Shown piece after piece: positions 12,101 to 24,100 of a DNA stretch of 64,000 nucleotides. How positions within the stretch are numbered: the stretch's first letter is position 1; the number at the start of each line of letters is the position of its first letter. The notes beneath the pieces were generated by a model. That model was given only the letters and a program-made list of their open reading frames with translations, did not search any database and was not told the origin of the DNA. This stretch comes from Phoronis australis (lineage: Eukaryota > Animalia > Phoronida), in the NCBI GenBank assembly GCA_002633005.1, contig NMRA01000028.1:1015556-1079555 (forward strand), read 5' to 3'. Both the position numbers and the translations under genes were made by a program.

Positions 12101-15100
12101 GAACCATTTTCTTGGAACAATTATTGAAGATTTCTAAGTTTGAATAAACCTCTAGAATCCTGAGTGTATGAATAATCAAAGCACATATAGACCAACACTA
12201 CACAAAACAAATTATCAGAATCTAGCAATAAAAGTGTAAGACTGGTAAATGGAGTGGTAACGAGGTGCTGTTTACGTTCACTACGAAAAGCTCACCTGAT
12301 AGTGGTGTCTCCCAGTCCCAGCTGACCATTGTTGTTGTTTCCAAAGGTGTAGACATGACCATTCTCAAGCAGAACAGCTGGAAAAAGTACCATCTTTACA
12401 TTGCCTGTGTCTACTAAGTGCTCAACTGCCATGTATTCAAACAATGCTCATCCAATGCAAACTATTGGAGTCTCACACCACCCTAATCAGGTCATTCTGA
12501 GGTCACGAACTTCAAACTCGAATAAATAATAATAATGGCGATGCACCTTGAAAACAACCAATCACACGATTTCCAATCAGTCCATGGCTTTACCATGCAT
12601 AATTAGCTACTCAACACATCAGGGAACCAAAATGCGAAAAAACAACTGCTTTCTAAGACGGTGCTGCACAGGGATTTGGATGTAAAACCACTTTAATTGA
12701 AGAATTGAAGTTCAGTGTTATAAAACTATGTTCAGCAAAGCTATAAAGGCACATGAAACCATGTTGACGTTTGTCGTTGGTGGAAAACTATGGCGTCAAC
12801 AAGCCAGCGAAATATGATTTTTACTCTCTGCAATAACAAGAACATGAAATGATAAGTGCAGAGAAATACAGAAACATAGACAAAGATGCCTTAAGTTACA
12901 ATAAACAGTCATCGCATCAATTACCTCTCAAACTACACTTGATGTGTCACTGCTTGTACCTACTAATGAACATGATTTCCTAACTTAAAAAAAGATTGCA
13001 CTTTGTACATCCCTCACTCCTGTGGGAAAGGACAGACTGTCGGTCACACCCTTACCAGAATGGGCTAGTCCACATGCCACCTGAATGGCTTTCACTGAAC
13101 CGTCTCCAATGACCGTCTGACCAGGGGGCACACTGGTGGCCTTGGGATCCTCGTAATCACCCAAGGCATAGGCAGCTGCACAACATGAACCAGTGAGGTA
13201 TTAAACACAAAACAATGAAGTAGTAAACAAAAAGCAGTGAGGTATTAAAAATCAAATCACTGACATCACATCGGGACATCTCATCACTGGTATCACTTCC
13301 ATATACACAAATAAAGACAAGGAACATTTCTTGACATAAAAATATGTTTTCTCCTAAATGGATTTTAAATACACTATTGGTCAATTTAAGGTCCTTGCAT
13401 CAGTATACCATTAGACACAATACTATCCAGAAGGATGTCATAAACAGAAATTATTTCATTAGTTCAGTATTCAGTGGTGAGACAAGGCAAATGTAACCAA
13501 AAAGAATAATTTTGTTATAGCTCAAAATGCTCAAACTAGTTGCACAATTCTGCAGCAGCATTACACATAACAAAACATGGTTATTGTTTACACAAGATGG
13601 TGTTTACTAATGCACAGTTCTCACATTCAATAAAAAGCACAGAGATCGAATGAGCAGCTAAGGAAGCCCAGAGATGTTAAATAGACTGCTATGGACGTAG
13701 AGGGAGGTCAACAAAACAGAATATGGACCTTAAGGTGTAAAGCCTTACCACGAGGTCTAAACTTCCTCAGCTTCCTCATCATGTGTGGATCCATTCCTTT
13801 CTTCAGAATATCAATTGTCCTGGGATCTGGCATGATACACAGAAGAACAATGCATAATGAGACACTATCATTCTAGACGACCAGGCAATCTACAGACTGA
13901 GAATATTTCACTAACTATTTCAGTCTTCATAACGACTCCATTTAAACCAACTGTGCAATGCAACTTTTTTAATTAGGTCAATATTTATTTCAATGATTAT
14001 TGCCATCAACTGGCATCCATGTTTATAGTAGTACAACTACTCACTCATAGCCATGACCATGTCAAAAGGTAAGTCAGGTATGCTGTATGGTGAGTCGCGC
14101 AAGGCTAGGTACTCCATCAGTTGGTATGGCTCATCCATGTTCCTCATATCTACGGCGCATCGTCTACAGATGCCACACTCCCCACAGCCTGAGTCACCAA
14201 GACCGCACCCACATGGGCTGAAAAGACGAGGATACACTCCTGTACAATCAACAAGTATGCAACTATAAAAATTAATGAACTTTCGAAGCAAACAGTTTCA
14301 GTTACCTGCTCATAGACTTGATGCGAGTAACTTTGTGCTCATTACCTTCACAATGTTTGCTACAGCACTCCTTCCTTCTCTGCATATTTGTCACAATCTA
14401 TTTATAACATTTTATTAAACCTTTAACACAGTTCAACTTCCTTTGTGAACACTACACTCCTTGAATGTGTTTTAATGGCTTCACTACCAAAACTCCATTG
14501 CTGCCCTCTACTTACGTGCCAGGTATTCTGTCCGATTCCCTGCCAGACACACATTCAACACCGTAGCCAGTACACTCACCACAGGCAACACAGATCATGC
14601 ACTTGTTGTGCTTCCAGCGGTGCATGCCTGCCACAAACAAGAGAGACAACATTGAAACATCATGAACATGAAACACAACGCTGGTCAATGTCACCATTAA
14701 CCATTTGATAACAGAACGTCATATTATGCCTCAGGAAGTTGATCTGTCCACTTGATGCTTTATCTATCTCAAACCTCCCCCCCTCCCCCTCCCGAGAAAT
14801 ACACAAGACTGACAATGAGAGTACCTGGGTGGACACAAAATAATACCGCTTATCGTTAACAAAACGCTAAATACCCAAACCTGGCAACAATTTCCCCCCA
14901 AGTTCAGTTGGGTTTAAGCTGACAGCGAACTTCGTTTTTCATTTTTAGCAACTTTACTACACTGTATTTTGAAAACCGAAGGGAACAATTATCCTAAATT
15001 TAACGAAGAATAAATTAAAATGACTATAAATGGCCCATGATTGTTCTTCTCAGCAAATTGCACCTTAGTCCTGCAGCGAGTTGGACATCACGGAAACTTG

Positions 15101-18100
15101 CTCTAGGACCATCTTGCTGGACAGTAATAGGTCGCGATTTTTAAATTCATTTTCATTTAAATTATTTATATCTGCCGTGACCGATGAAGATTCTGTATGC
15201 ATGGCAAAAACACAACAATTGGACAGTGAAGCAGTTACTCAACTTGTTTATATCGAAGGATTATTGTGGTTAAGGATCCTATGTTTACCTGTCAATCACC
15301 AGTAAACAGTAGACTGGGTAGCAAACTGAACACACAGTGCCTCAGGAAAAGGCTTAAAAATAATTCAAATTCATTGTTTAGTCAAAGATAAAACCAACTG
15401 CACTGATCAAGAAAACTCAAAATGTTAAATTTGTGAGGGTTAAGTAATGGTTAGATCACAACATGTACTAACACACAACAACACAAACTATAACAGGCTT
15501 GCATCACTTACCAGGAGGACATTCATACATGCCCAATCCCTCATCACCCTCTGCACGAGCCCTTCTGATGGCTGGAACACACAACACACGTTTTCATCAG
15601 ATGGAGGACAAACTCTTCACCTATTCTGCATACACTTTGGTGCTACTGTGGAATTCTCTTTTGAGACATTTCTCAACAAAAGTGAACATTGAGAAAATAC
15701 TGCGTTGTAAAAAACATAATTTTATTGTCATGAAGCTGCCAGCGTCCCTTAATTTAAGTAAAGAATAAGAAGAGGCCGAAATCTTAATGGTAAGTGCTAC
15801 AAATTATTACGTTTTTCTTGGATGGAGAGTGGGTTTAGAGTAGTCTTAAACCTAACACCTGCGCTACAATGATAAGAGCAATCCCTGCATTCAGCAGAGC
15901 CTGTGACTCGATTGTCTTACCAAAACAAGTCTTACCTTCCCTGGTCCTGGCAGGTGAGTACTCTCTTCCACATTGACCCTTGTTGTTGACCCCAAATGCA
16001 TATACCTCACCCTTGTCCGTCAACGCCACTGTGTGGGCTTTACCCAATGCCACTCGGGTGATAAAAACGTCCTTCAGGTTGCTGATGAGACCGGTTGTCT
16101 CATCTGCAAAGTTCAGATCACGCCCAAACATGTAGAGCTCTCCCTTGTCAGTGACGAGTGCACTCACTTGGTCACCACACCCAGAAGCCACCACTTTCTT
16201 GCCATTCATGCGACCCATCACTCGTGGCTTAGTACCCTTCACCTGCCGTCGTGGCTTAACTACAGAAGATGAGAATTATGGGTACAAAGCCATAATGGCA
16301 TAACTTAAAGAGGTTTTAACCTTGCCAACTTTTGATTTCGACCACTAACTGCTATAAAATCAGTCTTAACTTGTTTCACATTTTCTGGACTCACAAAAAA
16401 CTGATAGTTTGATGAAGTGCCTAGAGACCATGCACAAGGCATGCTATGACGCAGGACATGTCATGATGCAGGGCATGCTGTGATGCAGGACATGTCATGA
16501 TGCAGGGCATGCTGTGATGCAGGGCATGCTGTGATGCAGGACATGTCATGATGCAGGGCATGCTGTGATGCAGGGCATGCTGTGACGCAGGACATGTCAT
16601 GATGCAGGGCATGCTGTGATGCAGGACATGTCATGATGCAGGGCATGCTGTGATGAAAAATCTTGTAGAGACTTGTCTCAAAACTTCAGTGGTTTTAGAG
16701 CCCGGAACTCACCTTCACTTTGACAAAGGCAGACCTTGAGACAAATTTCTTAACAATAAGTGGTCTAAACCAAAAGTTGTTTTTTTGTGATGGAAAGTAG
16801 GTTTATAATGATCACTTTAGGTATTTTCAACCTATTTCGTAATAAAAAACAAAATCCATTGAAATGCAATACACTGGTTACCAATTTGAAGTTGATCACA
16901 TTTTTCTTCTAACAAATCAATTTGCTGTTTACATGCTCATCAAGCAATGAAACAAAGGATGTAAAGGAGATCTAAACCAATATAGGAGACACCAAACAAG
17001 AAGCTGTTCTTGACTTGAAATCACTACTTAACCACTCCAGTAGTGTCTATTGCAAGGAACAAAATTAAACAACAACTCCTACAAAGATAGATGATGTAAA
17101 CAGCGTAAAACTGGTTGTTCAAAACCACAAAGCTAAGTTTCTAGCCTTACAAGTATTGGGATTAATATCTGCGTCTTCTCCACGTTTTGCTGTCCCGACG
17201 AAGAATGGTATTCCACTGTCAGACACGATGATAGCGTGGGCGGTGTCATGGCCAACGGAGAAATGTGCCACTCTTGGGGCCTTGGGGATGCTTAGTTCCA
17301 GCCATTTTCCAGGAGTGGGGCCAGTAGACTTAATTCCCATAAACGACGGCTTCCCAGTGAATAGCAGCTGGAGTACACACAACATTTAGTTCAAGAGGTT
17401 ACTCAAACCACAAACACATCAAAATCTCTTGGTATGTTCCAGGGCATATCAGAATGACTGGTCCACCTTCCTCCTTGGTTAAATAATAAAGGTTATGTAG
17501 GACATTATCAACTAGTCTGAGTATTCAGCCAAATATTTACTCACTACATATTTTAAATCAGTCAAAATATATATTTTCTAATAGAAACTCTGAAGAAGTT
17601 TTGCATTTTACAAAACTGCCCTTAACCAGGTCATGTGACTGTGTCTTTAAAGTAACATGTAGCTAAAAGGAAAGTTACAGTGACAGCAAAACAATCACTA
17701 AATTTCGTTTGATATAAGGTTTCAGATCAAATCATAACAATCCTGTTACAATTTTGTTTTGTTCAATGGAAATCACAAGTCCTGTATTCGATAGGGCCTC
17801 ATGCGAATGCACAACATTATTACCTTTCCATTTGCAGTCCTGGCCAAAGCAATATCTTTCACTGACCCAACTTCCAGAATTTCAGATTCAAACCCAGTCT
17901 CTACAACATATTGAGAGAATGCAGTGCACTGATGTTAACAATATGATAATATAAGGTATCAGACATTCACAGAAGACCATGGTCAGTTGTCCACCTGAAA
18001 CTAATAAAACTACAGTACTTGCATGGCTTACTACAAACTATCAAATCAATACAAAATTAATAGATAACCACGATCATTCACAAAGCATTTGAAGAAGGTC

Positions 18101-21100
18101 CTGGTGATAGAAAAAAGTTTACTATGGGATGCCAACACATTACCCAAAGTTATCGTTGACACAACACAACTAACAACACAAAGGTCAAGGTTTTACATTT
18201 TCCTCGGTAACTTGCATCAACAGAATTTTGAAGAACAAAGTACTTAGGAGGCAAATTCTTTACACACAATACATTGTAACAGACATCTGAAAACACAGGA
18301 AACTCACGCATAGTCTGTAGGGCTTGCTCTTCATCAAACATAGACTGGCCACAGAAGTCTAGACACTTCTGAGACAGGCGCAGCGGAACCTCGGAGACCG
18401 ACGACATGGGCGACTTGGTGGGCAGGTACATTTTGGCGACAAAGGTGTCCTAAGGTAACAATATCTTTTCAACTGATGGACATTTACTCAAAAATGTAAT
18501 TATGGAGCAGAAAATGTTTGTTGCCATCCGTGCTTATAATTCAATTTATGTTTTCTGATCTCTTTCAGAATTTATGATAAAAAGTAGTTGACTATAATGG
18601 AGCTTTGCAAATTATTTATAATCTTAATGGTTTGAGTATTAAATTCTTCATACCTTCAACAGGATTTTTTTACTTCCTGGGGCATATAAGAAGAGGTTTT
18701 TGTAAAGACACTTGGAACAGAAAAGAACAGAGATTACAGTGTATTGTAAAGTAATACTCACATCTTTAGCGGGATAAATCTGGCCAAGCATTGTGCCATC
18801 ACTAAACATACAGTGTGGACCAGTTGGAGTGTCTGAAGAGGAACAAACACATAATACAGCATCCAAAAACCCAAGATGGACAACAATATCAAGAGAATAT
18901 CTGCAGGGCTTGGAATGACCAATGACAAAAAACGCGGAAACTTCGAAACTTTTACGGCCCAAATCATGCCCGATAACCAGCCTTGAAATGGTTAATGTGA
19001 ACCTTTCCCCGACAAAAATCGGGAGGACTAAAAAAAAAAAACGTTACCACCATCAGTAGCATGCATCTGCGTCCTTTTAGCTCGCCCGTCCACTCCCAAC
19101 CCACACATTTTTGGCTGCACAGCGGTAGTATTTGTCGCCGCGCTTAACAATAACACGAGACGCTTTTGAAAATCCCACCACGCTGTCCCAGATGCCTCGG
19201 CAATGTTGGCAATTTACGTTCCTTCGAAACATAACGAGCATCTTCCGCTTTTCGAGGTGAACGTCGTCTGCAACGCCGCGGTAAGAAAGGAATTTGCCGC
19301 GGAAATTTTATATCAAATCCGATTTTTTTACGCGGAAATATTATAAAAAAAGCGGAAAGCACATTTGAAAAAAGCGGAAATCCGCGTTTCCGCGGAAAAT
19401 TCCAAGCCCTGAGTGAAAACAGTTTCTCAATATGCGCTTGATTGGGGAATGACTTATCTCATTTCTGGAATGAAACCCGATTGTCTAGCTTTACATTCGC
19501 TATCTTATGCTTGCAACTTGTAATTGTTGAAAACTAAAAGAATTCATTTCACGAATGAAACCTAGCGTCTAATGCTGGATAACTTCAGCTTTCAACTCAC
19601 CCTGTAGTTTGAATGTCTTCTCATCAGCTAACGTGTTGCTATTCACTGACACAACACTGGACGCTGAATCTTCCATGTTCTGATAGAACAGCGTTCCCTG
19701 ACAACAATATACCTTGTGTGTTAAGCTACACAATTACACAGACACTCTTGGCCAATTTCAATAGGAAATGTTGTGTTAAGAATTTAATTTATTCAAAATG
19801 AATACTGTAACGGCTATTTTTATGCCTGCAACCCAAATAATTTTTCTTCAAAGATTATTTGCATATTTGTGCGTCTTTGCTTTACTTACTGGCACCAGTG
19901 CTTACCTCTTGTATACGAGCATGTCTTATTCTGGGTGATCTTTGCATCTTTTTCGTCAATTCTTAGTGTTTTTAATTTAAAAGTGAGTGTTGAACATCTA
20001 CACTTTTGAAACAGATAAAGGCACATATTACATTATAAAATTAACTTTTTGTTTTACTAATAAGTACTTCACATTTCGGCACAAGGGCCTATTAAATACA
20101 TGCATGTATGGTAATAAATCTTGTTTAGTCGATATTAAGTGTCAAGAGTCAACATTTGTGAACCACTAGCATACTAGGCCAAACTTACAGATTTTAGATT
20201 TTGTTCCTCTCAGAGGTCGACATATATCTAAACGACACCAACATCAATTATTCCAAATGCAAAACAGCATCCAAAGATTATGTGAAAGCAGTACACGATT
20301 ATGTCTATTGGTGCAAGTGGCTGGACAAATTAAAAACAGCAATACACAGATCAACATGTCTAATCTTGGTCACAATAAATTTAACACAAAAACCCCCTAG
20401 AGCAGCCAATATCTGTGTATAACGTTGTGAACAAGTGGGTAAAATATGAACACAATGATCTGCAGTTTAGTTAGACAGGCATTCTGATAACCTTACAGGT
20501 TTAGCTTGCTTTTTTTGAATGAATTTTTTGCTCATTCCATTAAGGAGAGACAATACAATCAGGAATTCTATTAAAACTAGAAAACTGAACTTTAATTACT
20601 AAACACAACTGAATGCCTGAGTGAATGCCTGAGATAGTCTTTAATAGAGACTCTCTAACAAACCTGTGCATAGCAAAGCCAACCCTTCTCCTTGTTATGG
20701 AAGTTCTCCCTCCTGGTGTAAATGTGTCCCTCGATGGAACCGTCAAAGCCCGAGCCCAGTTTGAACAGCCCCTTGCTGCTGTGAATGTATAGGTACTTGC
20801 CGTCACTGGCTACAGCACTGTATGGACACTTCACACCTGTGAACACAGTTTTATTTTATATCAAATTTCATTCTCAGAGGCCTCGAAATAATGTAACACA
20901 GGCCTAAGACTCTAATCCTTGTAGTCGAAACAATCTGCACTGGAAGGCGGAAACACTACAAAATAAACTGAGAAAGTGATGACGTCTCACTACTGGAGAC
21001 TAGTACATTAATGTCATAGCAAGTTTCAATGGCATAGGTTACAGCACCCATCACACTATCATCATGGTGTTCAGTAAGACAACATTAGATGACTTTCCAT

Positions 21101-24100
21101 GTCACGTAATTTTCAACAGGGATGCGGTCAGCATTAAAACCAAGATGACATAATTTTCTAATAATCAATTAGTGTCACCTAACTCTCTGCGTCTACTCTT
21201 CCCATACCTTTAATCCCCTCCACCTGGCGTATGGTGCTCAGTAAAGCCGACTCCTTGATACCCCTGGAGAACCAAGCGGGGATCTGTGTGCGGCCAAGCA
21301 AGACCGCTTGAATGCTCTTCTGCAGACACGACATGATTTCGGGCATCTAGCAGATATCAACAAAATATCTAAATTAAAAGTGCAATACAGCCACAATCAA
21401 CTTTTGATTTTGGCCAGTAACTAAACTAAAATTGGTCTCATGTGATGAGTCATTACTGTTCCAAACCAGGTCAATTACTTTGCCAGCCACCAAAGTTTAG
21501 TTTCAGCCTACAATACAGTATGGCCACCAGGGGAACTCTTATTGTATCCTATTTAATTTCACACAAAGGATAATAAACCAGTTATACTGCCCTGAATGAG
21601 CAAAAATGCCTGTAAAGAAGGTTGACATTTTTAACACCAGAACATGGTTCATAGCACTGCAGGATTCGTGTGGGCCACAAAACAAAAATGACAAAGCAAT
21701 AATAAATAAGCAAGCGTAAAAAACTTTTCATAATGTGTTTGTGTGGCCTACACATGTTGTGTATCTTCTGTTATTGAGCAGAGAGAAACAAACTGAAATA
21801 AACAAACTAAGACATCATATCAAATCAGGTTTGATTTCATCTCATATGTGGGAAGATAAGCGTGAAACTTCATTGGCTGTGCATGATTGTACTGTGAATA
21901 CATGAAGCCTTTTTGTAGACAGCATGCACAAACTTACAGTTTCAGTTTCAGTTCTATTCAGACCCTTGACTTTTGAAAACACCAGCAGTCAATCACACCA
22001 TTGTATCACACAAGTAACTACTCTTTTGTTCAACAGAACAGGACAAAGCAATACAATTTCCGTCAATTAGCGCCACAAAAAAGTCAGTCCACAATGCATG
22101 TTTTGAGCTCATTGGGGACTGAGAAAAAGAAAGTAGTTGCTACCTTATTGACACAGCTTATTTTCTGTGAACAAAATGTGAAACAGTGAGACACCCAGAT
22201 GCCCTATTACATGTGAACAAAATGTGAAACAGTGAGACACCAAATGCCCTATTACCTGTGAACAAAATGAGAAACAGTGAGACACCAAATGCCCTATTAC
22301 CTGGATCTGTTGTGTAATTAACATTGGATTGCTCATCAGCAATGCCGAAACAGCATTTAGCATCTTGTAAGTGTCACCAACAGCAACCACCAAGCTGAGT
22401 AGACAGCTACATGCCAATGAAGTGAGAGGGAGGTCCTTGTCACGCGACGAAACATTGGTGGCCAACTCCATCAGGAGGTTGTACAAAGTTTCTGAGAAAT
22501 AGAAATAGCTATCATGATTTTGGATAATGCAGCACAGCCTATTTGTTAGTTCAGGCGAAGTTGTAAATGCTCTCAAAATACAAAATATTGTGAACTTTCT
22601 GACAGTTCACTGACGATTTGACTATACTTTACAGAAAACGATGACTGTGCTAAAGGTGAATAGGGTTTGTACAATTTTTGTATGATGCTAAAGGAGGCTT
22701 CGAAAGATTTTATGTGTTTTTTGCAATATCGTTAATTATTGTTTTTTGGGGTTGCCTGAATTTAAATGAGCCAGAATGTTTTGATTTTTGCCATGACACA
22801 TAAATTAATTAAATACAAATAGAAACTGAATGTGAGACCTCTACAAACCCACAGTAATCTCTAAGTGATCAGGTAGCAAACTCACAACGTCAAACAAGCC
22901 CCATTGTGCAACTAAAAAAACTTTTGATGAAGTTAGGTGTGTTCCTGTACGTCACACATGGCTAAAAACAGCATGTCGATGGACAGACCCCTTGTACAGT
23001 CAGGTGATAACAGGGGTCCAAGACAAACAATCGCCATTGGTTAAAAAAAGTCTCCCATTTTGTAATTGCTCGGTTGCCCATTCAAGTATCAAGTACTCAC
23101 CAATGACATCTGTTGGCTCTTTACTCATACCCTCTGGACGTTGCCCTTGCAGTGTGTCAAACAGTGCTTGTAGTGCCCTCTGGCACAGGTCTGGGTAGGC
23201 CTCTCGGGTCTCCTTGATTAACTCAAAAACGCTGGATAGACCCATTCCAACAACCTTTTGAAAATACAGATTAGAGTATTTTTCAAGAAAACAGCAGTTT
23301 TAAGATTCACAACAGTCAGTGATAATTTTCCAATGTTTTTATACTGAACAAAATAGGTTTGCTGCTGAGAACAACATTGCAAACATATAGCCTAGCTGCT
23401 CCTATGTTTACCATAACTAATTATAAGGAACAGGCACAGGAGAAAATAAGAGTGAAGCCTTTATTTGAATGCGTGTGATGGCTGTTAAGGTGTAACAATT
23501 GTTTTGTACAATGCAGCTGTCACAAAACTAATTTTGGTAAGCTCCCATAATTGGAATCAAGGTCATCAGCCTTGGATGACTAAATGATAATTTTGTTGGA
23601 AGTTAAGAACTGACAAACACCCACATACCCGAGGTATTTTGGCTGGCGGCTCATCATCATGAAGTTCCAATTCTTCATCAGATTCAGACTCTTCCTCCAA
23701 CAGGCGTCTCTGCTTCCGAATGAGATTGAGCGCCTCTTTAGCACGTCGTTCCAGCACGCACGTGCGTATGTTGGCAAACACATTGAAAGCTGACGGGTTC
23801 GGGTGAAGGTCGCAGCTGGGAGGAAAGCTTGTGTCCAGCAGATATTCGCGAGGTTTGTCAACAACACCTGAATCTCGCTGCAACAATAACATTACTTAGT
23901 CAAGCCTAGCTGTTGTGTTACACTAACTTGAACAATAAATAATAAGCATGACACTATTAGAAGGAAGACACAGTTCCAACTCTCCTATCACGACAGGGTG
24001 TTTCACGTTTCAACCTCCTGAAAGTCATACGGTAACCCACTAAGCATCATACTCAAGAACTGCGATCACAATTTCTAATTACAGCGTGTGTATAGTTCTA

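Noticed and set aside
16421-16646. Cys/His-rich repetitive ORFs as a metallothionein-like protein
   Set aside because: Translation of a 17-bp minisatellite; unit length is not a multiple of three; no gene structure
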